Below, one piece after another: positions 1 through 12,884 of a DNA stretch of 64,000 bases (positions within the stretch are counted from its first letter, which is position 1; each line of letters opens with the position of its first letter). The notes under the pieces were generated by a model. That model saw only the letters and a list, made by a program, of their open reading frames with translations, did not search any database and was not told the DNA's origin. Made by a program: the position numbers and the translations under genes. Source of the stretch: Cercozoa sp. M6MM (lineage: Eukaryota; Protista; Endomyxa: Ascetosporea); assembly GCA_040357565.1 (NCBI GenBank), contig JBDODJ010000041.1. The stretch is one strand, 5' to 3'.

Positions 1-131
<131 letters not shown>

Positions 132-1618
132 CTTTCCATCGTTTTACCGTTTTCGAGTGCTTCGTCGTCTCGAAAGTCGTCCGTTGCGTACTGTTCTCGG
201 CCTATTAAATCCTAAAGTGACCCGCCAGACCAGAGAATGAAAAAGGATAGATACTACCTAAAGAATCAAGCGACATGACTTGCATGATTTCGTCACCTAA
301 AAACACAATGTAACCATACAAAATACCGCTTTTGCATTGAGTAAGGCAAGTGAACATGTCTGTAAAAAGACGTCGGTTTCCCGTGCAACATGCGCGTTGA
401 TCAGAGGCTGCAGCTTTCGCTGTAATATTCGACTGTCTCGCTTTTTCACTGCACGCAAAGCATGTAAAGATCTTAGACATGGTACGCAAGCGACTATCTG
501 TACAAGACGGCGTATCGAGATACCTTCACTGAGAGGCAAGTCGGTCGCTGCTCGGACACAAGCGCAGAGGAGAGCGTCTACACGCATCCACGGCGATCAC
601 TGCGATGCACAGGTGTGCACGCTATCTGTTTAACACCAGGACACCACTGAATGCGTCTAGAAATGCACAGCAGACCCAAGTCGACAATTTAATTTCGAAT
701 CAGATCGAAAACGACTTGATTGCTTGGCTTTTTTGTTGTTTCTGGCTGTCTTTTGTTTTTGTATTAGCGATCTAAGATCCTACTGATGGCGGAGCATGGC
801 GAATTTGCGTATCTTTGTGCCACTGCACCACGTATTGAATGACCCATGACTCGGTTTCTTGAAAATCTGGAACACTTGGTTGTATCAACGACGATTCCCC
901 GTGTTTCTGGCCAGTCAGGCATTTGTAGCGATCTGCTGTAACCCGAGTGGGTGACCATGAGGAGTTGGGAGGCAGCTGGGCGTGTTCCCTGGGCGTTGTT
1001 GGCATGCGCTTGACAGGTCGTCCCACGCGAAGACCGAGTTGGCACTGGTCACTTTCCCGAAGGGGTCTGTGTTCCATGCATTGAATACCCGAACGGTTGA
1101 GGCAGGTAACTGAGCAGACACAAGGGTGTACTTGGAACTGGCGAGTGGGATTGCGTCCTGGAGCTTGTCCACAAGGCCTATCCAAGGGGAACTGTCGCTG
1201 CTGTCCACCTGTTCCTTCCTCACTCTTCTCTTTTTCTTTTATTGTGATTGCGTTTTTTTCTTAATGCTCGTCGACAAAACAGATCTTTCTGATTCTAGTG
1301 CTTTTTCTGTGAGTTTGAGGGCCAAGATAATCTTGTTTCGCGACAGGATCAACAAAGACTATTCGACAAACTTGTTCGGCGGCACGTGTCGCCCGTTCTG
1401 GATCATGCGGGGCAGCGGTGTGGCGATTGTTTGAGGTTAAAACATAAAAATATGTCTGTTTTAGTGCATTAAACCCGCAAATGTAACATGTTTCTTTCGA
1501 TCGTAGTTTTAGCAGTTTCTTCGGGTTTTGCAAACGAGGTTGCTGCGCAAAGCAAGTGGCAAGACAGGGTTAACTTCACTCGGTAACGGCTTGTGTGTCG
1601 ACCCATTAGCTGTAAACA

Positions 1619-3397
1619 ATGCGGATTGAAAACAAGGTAAAAAACCTGCGGCTCCAAGTGGCTTTTGCTAGATACATGGACCTTGCTTATAATTAGACTG
1701 GAATACATCTGAGGTATATTTTCAGAAATGGGTGCAAGCGCACTTTGTGGACGCACGAATGCCGGAGCAGAGCGATTTCCGGCTCGAAACGAGCACGATT
1801 GACACTGAAGTTCTCACCGATGGACAAGTGTGCTTTAAGACTGTCTTTCTCTCCATCGATCCGTACATGCGCGGCATGATGAACACCGGCGGCAGTCTTT
1901 ACGTATATGATTTTTGTTGTTCAGTTGTTGAACAAGTTCGGTTTGCAAACTGAAGGATTATTATAATTGGGAACAGGGTCCTCCGCGAAAGATTGGTGAT
2001 GTCATGCCGGCTGAATGCGTCGTGCAAGTCGCTGCAAGCAAGAGCGACGACTGGGCAGTCGGTGACATCGCCGCTGGTCGCTTTGGCTGGCAAACACATG
2101 CTGTCGTTTCTCCTGTACTTCTTCATCTTGGTGTTTCACGCGTTTTTTCGGCTTCAACTTCTAACTGAACCGAAACGAAACAGAGCGAACTGCCGCACGA
2201 ATTCGGTCTTCACAAAATTGTTCTGCCGAAAGGCGTCCCTCTTGAATATGCTTTGTACGTTTCTTGCTCCCGCCCGACATAAGGTCCAGATGTTATCATG
2301 CTATGCATGCTTACTTCAGTGGCCCCCTCGGCATGGTTGGAATGACCGCGTGGTTCGGTCTCACCGAAATCTGCAAACCCGAAGCAGGTGCTTTCACTGT
2401 CAGTATTTCCATTGATAGCTTCGTGTATCCCTGACACTCCATAGGCAAGACACTTTTCGTGTCGAGTGCTGCCGGTGCGGTCGGTACGCTGGTAGTGCAA
2501 ATTGGTACAATACCAACTCCTGATGAGTGATTGCTCCCGCTCGCAATTCCCAGTCAACTCCCGTGTATTAACCGCAAGTAGGCAAGGCACTTGGCCTGCG
2601 TGTGTTCGGCTCGTGCAGCACGTCGAAGGTCCATCGCGTTCTAGCAGCAGGTGCTGATGGCTGCGTCGACTACTTTGGCAAAGACGAGCAGGCGCTCACC
2701 GAGGAAATCAAGGGTCTCTGCGGTGACCAAGGCATCGACTACTACTTTGACAACACGGTAGGTCCACTTGCTGTAACCCTCATTTGCGCAACAGGGAACT
2801 GTGCGCACTGTAGGGAGGGCCCGTTACTGGTGCCGTCATGGCGAACATGAACCGACACGGTATCGTTTCCGTGTGTGGTCAAATTCACGACTACAATGCC
2901 GGAGCGGACTTCTACCGCACGGCCAAGTCGCCGCTCATCTGGGCTGTTGTCAAGTACTCCAAGCTTTCTTTAGCATTCATTATTGAGTTCGATTTGATGG
3001 CTTGTTTGCGCGTGCAGATCGGTGCGTATCGAAGGCTTCCTCGTTTACCAGGTACCTAGTATACATGAGTACTTGCTTTGCCAGATTTCAAGATTAAATA
3101 CGGACTGCAGTGGGCTTCACGCTTCCCTGAGGGCATCGCCGCAATGTCGAAACTGCTGCGCGAGAAGAAAATCACGATGGACTTCGACATTCGTGATGGC
3201 ATCGAGCACGCTCCCGAAATGGTATTGACTTGCACTGTTTCGTCCAGTCTTGCTACCGCACTGTATACTGTGTTGCTACGGTGCAGTTGATGGCGTTGTT
3301 GACGTCGACACGTCGTGCGCACGGCAAGACACTCGTGCGCTGCAGCGAGGTCGACCCGACAGAGCGTCCGCACCTCACCAATGCGCAGGTACAGTAG
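1619..3397 (+). CDS. NADP-dependent oxidoreductase (prostaglandin reductase/alkenal reductase, MDR family), ~11 exons
   Basis: Spliced via GT-AG introns: MRIENK|KWVQAHF...FLSIDPYMRGMM, LGMVGMTAWFGL, VSSAAGAVGTLVVQIGK, GIDYYFDNTGG, VCGQIHDYN, RIEGFLV, GIEHAPEM..GKTLV; stop TAG 3395-3397. Confidence 0.92.
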
Positions 3398-3651
3398 CTG
3401 CGAAACACGTGCTCTATCTGTCGTATTGAGATACTTTGTGTACTAGAGTTGAGTGCAGATGAAAGAATACGCCCACACGGTGAAACACACCTTCCAGCGC
3501 GACTCTCATTAGACGCCAACTTTAACTGAACTGTCTTCAGTCTAGACCGAACTGAAGTGTGGACTAACGTAACGCTTAACCGCGTATGGCAGATACGTAT
3601 ACCCATGCAGTATTGCAACTGTGGGGAATATTAGTTGCGTTGGTGGGTATT

Positions 3652-5431
3652 TTAGTAGACTGAACTAACTACAGCATCCGAACTGGGCAACACTGCACTC
3701 CTCGTTAGCCGAATTCTCCTTGCAACAAAACACCGGCACGGCCAGCGAACTGCGCAATCACCTGCAGTACGTCCTGACTCGCATCTGTCAGTCAATGAAA
3801 TCATCTCAACGTTATCTGTGCTTGTAAACACTGAGTGACTGTGCTGAGAGTGAAAGGTACCACAGCAGTGCACCAAGAGTCGGACGGAACGACGCAGAGA
3901 GTTGCGAGCGAAATCACGCATCCGCATAGGCACGCGATCGGAGTCGAGTTCGTGCAGTACATCGGCAAGGTGCAACGCGAGTTCTTCTTGCTCGCCATTG
4001 TTCAGTTCCACTTCTGGCCAGTCCAAAGGAGACAAGAAGTGTACAAATCAAAAAGCCGCCTTGCCAACTGTACCATCGATGAGAGAGTAGGGAGGCTCGC
4101 CGAGGTCAAGCACGTGACAGACGCACTGAGGCGGAAACTCAGTGAAATCATTCTCATTCCTAAGTTCCTCCAGTGTCGTTACTGGCTCGTCATCCTACAG
4201 ATCAACGAACTCCCTACTCCCATGTACTCTTGTGTCTTTGGGTACTTCTTGCACAGACGTCCATTGAACGCCATGCTGGATCAGCAAGCGCAAGATGCGC
4301 GGTGTGCATCCTCGCAGCAGCAGTTCCGGCAGCACGTGCGGTCGCACCTGTGGCTTCTCTGTCCTGTATCCCACGGGCAAGGGTAACACCGACATAGACA
4401 GAAATAGAGGGTGGAGAAACCCACTTGATACGCAGTAGTGCTTCCAACAAGTCGACGTGTTGTGTGAGACAAGCCAGTTCCGCCAGTGTCAGAAACAACT
4501 GCCTTCGCAGGTGTCGCCAGACCTGCATGAATAGAGAGAGTTGGGGGGGGGGACAAATAGTCAATGGTCGGAGTAAAGTACAATGTGGTATCGTGCAGCC
4601 TGCTGTTTCTCCAGCCACCTACAGGAAGAAGGGTCCAGTGCAAAGAAGAATCTAAAGAGAACAATGAAGAGAGAACGCACTTGACTCGCCGCTGACAGTG
4701 CACGGCTCGTTTCATGCGAAAAATCGCGTCACACAGAAACTCTTGCCGTGCGTGGTGGACAATCTTGCGCTCCTGTCGAAGAATTGTCACGATTCGCAGC
4801 ACAAATTCGACGAATTCCGCGGCAGGTGCGGCACACTGTGTCGGGTCGCTCAGCTCGTCTTCCAGCACACGTGCCTACAAACACTGCAGTCAGACGAAAA
4901 AGTGCACAAAATCACGAGTACTGACTGTCCTACAAAATGCTCAGGACGAGCTATACTCGCACTCAACAGAGTGCACAGTCCACTGCGATACATAAGGTAG
5001 GCAGGTGGGGTCAAGAGTCAAAAGGCTAACAACGAAAGGTACAGTGCAGTGCGTTGCTCGATCGCTGCTTTCATACATGCGCGCAGCAGCGATACGTCCT
5101 GATAAATAGAAGAGAGGAAGGAGGTAAGAAGGCCAAGGGGGTAAAATGAACAGACCTCATTACTTGCACTGAATACTATCTGAATATCATCGTCATCGTC
5201 GCTGTCGGCTGCGGGACCGCTGCTCGTATTTGACCTGTCCACGCGGACGTCTGGAAAGTGATGAGCACCCACACTATCACGCAGTTTCTGTCTCAGCGCT
5301 TCTGCCAGTGTAACGTCATTGACTTCGCGCTTTTCGTAGTTCCCGAGTTCACTCAGAGCCGCGCGTACATTTTCGGGACATTCGATACAAATGCTCTCCT
5401 CTGGCCTAATCGGCATCCGTCTTCTCATCAT
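3652..5431 (-). CDS. Hypothetical protein, multi-exon
   Basis: Chain of minus-strand ORF segments (5018-5431, 4281-4868, 4214-4618, 3652-4035) separated by GT-AG introns; no family motif recognised. Confidence 0.6.
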
Positions 5432-5683
5432 AGTGAAAAATAGTCTGATTCACTAGTTTTCTTGTCTAAACTGGCCCGCAAACTGCAAGGAGTAAACTAC
5501 AGTTTTATCCCGCAGCCTTAATCGAAAGTGTCGAAGCAGCACTGAGCTAGTTAACCGGTCCACTCGTGGTTAAGACTTACAGATACATCAAAGGTGCCGT
5601 TTATTTAACGCGAGAACGATAGAGCGTTGTTATTTTTGGTCTTGCGGCTCGTGGTCATACTAAATTTGCAGGCTTCCGCGCGG

Positions 5684-8600
5684 ATGGGCGAGCGGCCGAG
5701 CTACGTGTCAGTGCGGCGCCATCGGCGCAGCCGTTCGCCGCACCACCGACGGTATCCAACAGTGTGTGTGCGAGTGCGTGTTATTCGCTATGTGCTAATC
5801 TGATCCTGTGTTGCGTTCAGTCGTCGCTCTCGCAGCCGATCACGCGACAGAAGACGCCGCTCGCGCAGTCGGCGTCGCCGCAGTCGTTCGCGGTACTGTT
5901 TTCGTCTGTATCGTAGTTTTTCAGCCTTATTTCGCGCAGCGAGCCTCAATCGCTCGAGGAGCGTTTCTGCGAGAAGCACGAGGATTATGAGTACTGCTTC
6001 ACTTCACTTCGATTTGGTTTGGGTTGACTTTCGATTCCTTTGTGCATTTCAGGTGGTTTCGCGAGCGTTACCACCCGATGAATCTACTAAAGCAACGCGC
6101 TCAGATGCTCGAAGGGGTACACAACACTGCTTGCTCTGCTGGATTTAGGGTCGGAAAGGAAAGTTACCACTGCTTGCAGATCCAGCAGCGTGCCGAGCTG
6201 TTCGCGCGTTTTCTCCTGGCTCCACGACCGCCGGACCAGGCGCCGCTCAAGGTGATTGAGGACGAAGTTTTGGACTACGAGGAGAACGATGACGACAAAA
6301 GCGACTCGCTGCGCGACTCGGACTTTTTCAATTTCGGTAGTTTTTTTATTTTCTTCCGTCCTTTAACCTTCGACCCTTTTTCATGTTACTTTTCTTCAAC
6401 TTGTACTCAATCCTTTCAGCTGTATCTCTTAACCTTTGGTTCTTTAATCTTGTTTCTCGTCATCTCTACTCATACATAATCTTGAACTTTTCTTCTTTAT
6501 TAAGTCTTTACCCCCCTCTCTTGTACTCTCATAGCGGTGGATTGCGGTCCGGCGTTCTTGCTGGCGCGCAAGTTGCTGGAGAAGCACTCGGAGCAGCAGC
6601 AGTCGGAGCAGCAATCGGTGAGTTTGCACAACGAAAAACACTCATTTTGTTTTTTTTTTCTCAAACGCTCTTGGTTGGAAAACGCAGGAAGCACCGATGA
6701 CGGACGATGCCAACCAACAGCAAACGAATGCGTCGGACACGCTGGACGAGTTCTGGCACTGGCTACGAGAAGAAGGTATACGTGTTCCTGTTTGGACGGT
6801 CCATTTGTACACTAGTACACCTGTATGATTCAGTTGAGAACGCCGAGGAACTCAACGATCACGCCGCCGATGAAAAACTCTTCAAACGTGTCTTTGATGT
6901 AAAAACGCAGCTTAAAATCTTTCTTTGTACTGAAAAGTTGGTTCAAATGGACACAATTAAGGGTGCTGTGTGTTCTGTGATTTGCGTAGAAAAACCAGAA
7001 AGGCACGCTGTTGGACCACTCGTTGATTCTGCTGTACGTGCCCGTGAGCATCACGCAGCAGGTATGTCCAACTGGACTCATCCAAATGTACAACTGGACT
7101 TGGCACACATGGACTTGTGTCGTACAGGAACTGGAGAAAGCTCTGTCGCAGATTGATGGATTCGAATCCGTCCTGCTGTACCACTGCTGTACCACACAGT
7201 CCGATCGATGTACTTTATCCTTTCTTGTGTAGGTCAGACCCGATGCGCGAAATGCCGCGTCGTCGCTACGCTTGGGTGCGCTTCAGCGACGATGACGTAG
7301 CTGCGCTTTACTCCCAACCCTATACCCTTTACCCCCTTGGCCCCCCCCCCCCCCCTGTAGTCAGCTAAGCGTGCAGTGCGACTGGTCAAGGGTGTGCGCG
7401 TGCTGAATCATTCGACTCTGGATCCGCATTTTAAAGGTACTAACGAACCCTGTTGATCCATATGTCCTGTACACTTGTACCGTACGTTTGTACCGCGCAG
7501 ATCGTCAGTATCGCAATCGACGTGCACCGACGTACCGTTACTTTATCCTTGCTTACCTGGACCTTTACCCCTTTACCGCCCCCCCCCCCGTAGAGCGCCG
7601 GTGGTAACACTACTGCCACAGCGAATCCGACGCGATTTGCGGCGTGCTACCAGGTACTACTTGCCCCTACCTGTACTGTACCTGTACTTGGACTGTACCG
7701 TACCTGTACCTGGATTGTACTTGGACTAAACTGTACCTGGGCTGTACCTGTATGTGTTTGAGCAGACTGGCCGAAAAGCTGAACGAAGAGCGCGGCATTC
7801 CCGAGAGTGTACACTGTCCTTTTGGTGTTGCTTCAATTTGTTTGTCCGCGCGGACGTGTGTGCAAATACGGATAGGTAATGACGAGGCTGCACGAGACGA
7901 TGGAGATGTGCGTGCGGTCGCCGCTGCCAATGCCGCTGGTGCGACGCGGCGTGCAGTGGCGATTCGCGCCGCTCGAACGACTCAACATTGTGCTCGAGTA
8001 CCTGCGCCGTGTGCACCTGTTCGAGTACTACACTGGTAATATTTCTTACCCCCCCTCCCATACCCCCTCCAGGCTACGGTAACTGCTATGCAGGTGAGGA
8101 ACTCTTCAGCGAGCGCGTGCTGTGGCTCAAATACGGCCGTCGCGTGCAGCGACACTTCCGCACGGAGCACTTGCGGTAGGTCTTTGGGGGCGTCTTTAAG
8201 GGTTTTTTAAGAGGGCTTACATTATGTGTACGTTGGAACTGCACAGCGGGCAGTTCGGAGTGCTTGGAAACGACGTTGGCGATGCTGATTTCGTCTCACC
8301 GTACTCTTATCTCTCGCCATATATTAAGGGGGTTAAAGCTACTGCTCCTACTGCAGCATCGCCGCGACGGAAGCGCCGAGCGATCGCAGCGCCTTCTGGC
8401 AACAAGTGGTCGACCAGCGTGTTAGTGCGCGTATTCGCGAAGGCTGTCAGTTCCTGCCGCCTGTTCAGCTGTACCACTTGTTGGACTCCAACCTTTGATG
8501 GTACAGATGTACCGTACAGTTGTATTGGATAGGGACGACGAAGACGAAACAGAGGACGAAGAGGCACTGCGCGACTTCCTGTGCCGTATGGTGGCCAAGC

Positions 8601-9154
8601 GTAACACGACACAGGAGGCTGAGAAAAAGTTCCGCTGCAAACTGTGCGCCAAGGCCTTTGCTGGTACCTACTACCATCTTATCCCCTCTCCCTTTTTGTA
8701 TCCCCTATTGCACCCCTCTAGGCGAGAGGTTCGTTCATAAGCACATCATTAACAAGCACCCGGAGGAACAGGTAGAACCAGACATACTCTGTGTGTTCTA
8801 CAGTTCATAGAGGTGTACAACCTGGACAGAACGTGGACGACTACTGCCGCCGAACGATGCGTCAACTCTACCTGGTCGACCCAGATCGCATCACGAACGA
8901 AGACATCTGTCCCGTGCGTTGGCGCGGTCGCACTGCGGTAGCCACCTATCTGCTACTGTATGTGTGCGCGCGTGTGTGTGTGTGTGGGGTATTGGGGTGT
9001 ACATGGGTGGTATGGGGTGGCTTTGCAGTCGCGCGGTCACCGCGTGCCCAGTGGCACCCCGGCCAACAGCGGCGTCGTTCGCACCGCCGACATCGACGAC
9101 GTCACTGTCAAGGAGCTGCCCAAGGGCGAGGTCGACTGGGGCTTTGGCGACTGA
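5684..9154 (+). CDS. SRRT: SERRATE/ARS2 RNA effector, >20 exons
   Basis: RS-rich N-terminus, WFRERYHP motif, RRM-like RYAWVRF, LNIVLEYLRRVHLFEYY, C2H2 finger KFRCKLCAKAFAGERFVHKHIINKH, YLVDP; stop TGA at 9154. Confidence 0.9.
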
Positions 9155-9472
9155 TCCGACGCGTTCAATTGTCGTGATCTAGTGACCTCGTGTTCGTTGT
9201 TGCGTTGAGTTTAGTCTACGATGCGATGATTGCATTACCGGTCCCAACCATCGGCACGGCACATCGGCACGGTTGATCGGCTGAATTGAAGGCTGGAACG
9301 GAATTGAAACACAAGTACTACGCTAAACGAGCTCGGTAGCTGCGCTAACCAGGTAATTTGAGTCCGTCGTCGGTTAACGTAACGTTACACGCGGTGGGCG
9401 TACTTTGCCTCAATTTCGTCAAACATCCTTTTAGTTCGATCGAGCTATTATTCACACCAAATGGAGTAAAAA

Positions 9473-12400
9473 CTAAAGCACAATTTGAGCTCGAGGCTGA
9501 TTGCGAATACATTTTATACCTCTGCGCTCCAGCTGTTGGCAGTAGGGGAGGCTTCGTTCAACACCGAGTGGTGTGACACTGCGGAGGGCAAATTCTCCGC
9601 CGGGCTGTACGGCGAAGTGTGCTCGTTGCTGCGATGACGCGGAGTCGCGTCGCCAGTGCAGTGATGGTACGTTTCTCGCTCGTGATGGTAGCGGCGTAGC
9701 ATTCGTTCGCCTAGTGTCTCGTGCCGACCAGTTCCTCCACTGTGGCGCCGGCTTGAACTTGGACGCCGTCGCGACAGAATTGGCGAAACGCTGCATCTTT
9801 GCGCTGCAGCGGAGGCGTCATCATCAATGTATATTAACAAAGCGATTCAACCACAGTGATAATCACTCGGTTGAGAGGGAACGCCATACCGAGATCGACG
9901 CGAAACCCGCGAATTGGAGAGTCGGGGTACTCGTCGAATGCCTTTTGAAACTCCACCGGCCTGCAATCCAGTTATCCCAGAAAGTGACACTGAACATCCC
10001 ACAGTCTCAAACACAGAAACCCACCTGCGTGTCGGTGATTCAACGCGTACTGAAACTTCGTATTCTCCTTCACGTGTTCTTCGTTTTTTCGCAGTGGCAG
10101 GTCGACTCGTCGTCGCAGGTCGACTTTCTCGCGTTTTTAGAACCTCGGTAGTTTCCCGATCGTCCTCCCACCGAGGGTGACGGTCCCTTTGCTTTGGTGC
10201 CTTCTGCGATGCAACACGAATCGGCGAGTCAACAAATGTGCTGGCGAGCGACCGCTGTGGTGGTTCGCTCCACCACTTTCCGCTGCAGCTAGACGCCATT
10301 TTCTGCCACCGCAAGAGAATATTATACGGTAGTTCTCACTGCCAAAGGAAAGCCCACACCTTGGACTCGCTCAAAACGCGTTCGCGTGTCTCTTGCAGAC
10401 GTTGGCGATAGCGGTCATTTCTTCGCTGTGCGCGTTTTTCAATGCGCTGCATTCGTGCACGGTACATGTCGAGTTGAGCGTCACGGTCCTGTCTTCGGTG
10501 GATTTCGTCCTGTAGCGCAGCTTTTGTCTCTTCGAGTTCCGACTGAAGCGACTGAACTTTGTCCTGCAACTCATGCGATGCCTTTCGTAGCATGTCCGTC
10601 GTGTCGGATCTCGCCTCATCTGAAAAAGTGTCTTTCTCTCCACTGTCTGCCTTCGGCGAAATCGATGCCTGCATCCTTGGCGGTTCCGTAGATGAGACAT
10701 TGTCATCCTGCTTACTTTGTAGTGCGTTCTCGACTTGTTCCAGTCGAGTGCTCTCATGCCTGCCTTTCTCAGCATTGGCCCGCTGTTTTGCCATGCTTTG
10801 CATTTCTCTGTCTGCTTCTACAAGCATCACTTCGAGGTCGCGCAGCAGTCCATCTTTAAGTGCTTCCCATTGAACTTCGCCGTTCGGCATGCTTCTCAAA
10901 GAACGCAACACAAAGGCAGCATCTCGCAGACTTTGAAACTGTGACTGTGCTAAGCCTTTCATCAGTGGAGACACGTGGCGTGCAAAGTTGTTGAACTCTT
11001 CGCTCTCGTGCGGCATCGAACCAGATTCAGTCGACATCAATGCACTGTCACTTTTAGATTCGTCCGCTTCATGAAGAATTTCCTCCTCTTCTACCTGTCG
11101 CTGCGATTTCCAACGATCGCGCTTTGCGCTCTGTTGCCGACGATCCTCTGAATAAGCGTACACAATGTCAACGCCCTCATTGGTGCGCAACGTTGAAGGA
11201 GTTGAAACGAAGTGGTTTGTTGGTGGTGCAGAAAGCAGCGGTCCTTCGTCGTCTTCGACTTTAATTCTCAAGCGTGGCTTCGCTTTCTTCGACCTTCGTC
11301 TGTTGGCAGTAGCGTACTTTGCGAGAGGGCTGCGTGCACGCGCTGCCTGTGTGTGCACAATCTCGGCCCTTTCCAGACTGTCAAAGAGTTTCAGATTGCG
11401 CGAAAAATTGGCAGCGTTATCGGTAACACTCAAAACGACACCGACATAAGTGGATGCGGGTGACGCAGTCCAGTAGTCCTTCAGCATGTGCGTAAGCTTC
11501 GAGTCACGAAACTGGAGAAACTGTGACTGAGAAGAGGAAGAGCTTTGTTGCTGTACAGAAGCCGCGCTTGACAGGTGACGAAGCGCCGCTATCAGAACGT
11601 CATAGGATCGTCCCGCAGCTCGATCGCGCGGAGACCATTGAGTAGTTTTGGACTCACGAACAGGAGGACTTCCGAGGTCAACAAATGCCGCTTTCGCTAA
11701 TGTAGTCGCTCGCCAGTGCTGTCTTCTTGCGGAGCGAAGCGCTTCTCTGTCAACAGCTTGATCCGACACATCGATTTGCTCCACGGAAACGAGACAGATA
11801 ATGTGGGTTGCTGCCGGCAGTTGGTGTCGTGCCCGAGACCACACCATACTTATGTCAGCAATATCGTGCACACTCTTTACAGTCTTCAGCACAGCACCTT
11901 TGACCACAACGCCGCTGACGGTACCGTTGTGGTAATCGTCCACGATTCGCAATTGACGCATGCGTTCCTTTCGACGGCGCCACTCTGAACCCAAGTACAG
12001 ATCTTCGTCTAGTTCGCCTCGCTCTTCTTTCGATAGCTGTGCCTCTCGATTTTCGCGAAGCACGTCGCGTAGGCGTCCGGCTTCGTCTGCAACCAGCGAG
12101 ACACGCACGTTGAGCAGTCTCACATCTTCATCGCGCTCGCTAATTTTGTGCGATAGTTTCACAAGTTCTTCGAGAGCTCGCGGAACAATCCCTCTGTTTG
12201 CGCCTGTTGGAGCTCCGCAAATGGTGCGAAAACGCGCTTTGGCGTCTGTACCAATGCCAATTACGCAAACGCGACCACCTTCAAGCATGCGCTTCACATG
12301 CTTGTGGGCAACCGTGTGGTAGATTGCTTCGGAGTTGTCGCGAGGCGAAAACACCTGAGAGAACTCGTACTTCCTTGTCGCGTACGGTCCAAGGAAGTCC

Positions 12401-12537
12401 AGTTCGTCCACTCGTCGTTCAATGCAAAGAAGCGCCGGATCACGTGCGAGTCGAATGGTCTTGTTGTCATGTAAGGGTTGAATGTGTCGTCTTGTCGCAG
12501 AACCAGCATGTAGCCTTGCGTACGTAGCTATCGGCAT
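9473..12537 (-). CDS. Kinesin-like protein with degenerate motor motifs and coiled-coil tail
   Basis: Exon 1 (~2.2 kb) has YEFSQVF, GIVPRALEEL, AFVDLGS, FRDSKLTHMLKD, then coiled coil; two further exons (introns near 10360-10305 and 9890-9810). 3' end less certain. Confidence 0.85.
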
Positions 12538-12884
12538 TGTTTGTGCGTAGTTTCTTCAGATTCACACCTGCCCTCTATGTGTCAGTACAGCTCACAGATC
12601 GCTTCAAAAGTAGAGTAGTGAAGGTAGACCTACGAAGCGAAAGACTGACACAGCAGCCCGACAGACCACACACCTTTACGCCGGGATCGTCTGCGTAAGA
12701 TTTGGCTGGTTTAGGAGTTGAATGGTTCCCACATTTATCGTATTTCCGCTTCACTTGGCAGTTATTTTCCGGTCAAATCCACCCGCCTGGGTAAAGACAA
12801 ATACAACACCCAGCGGTCACAACTTTACGGGATGGTGTTTGATGGTTCGTTAGCACTCTGGGCGTCTCAAAGTTTGCTTTAGAT

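Noticed and set aside
190-230. ttctcggcct resembling the U2 snRNA 5' end
   Set aside because: Only ~10 nt match; the branch-pairing GTGTAGTA and Sm site are absent.
880-920. TGA codons at Trp-like positions suggesting a UGA=Trp code
   Set aside because: TGA terminates SRRT, HUS1, the helicase and other genes; conserved Trp residues use TGG.
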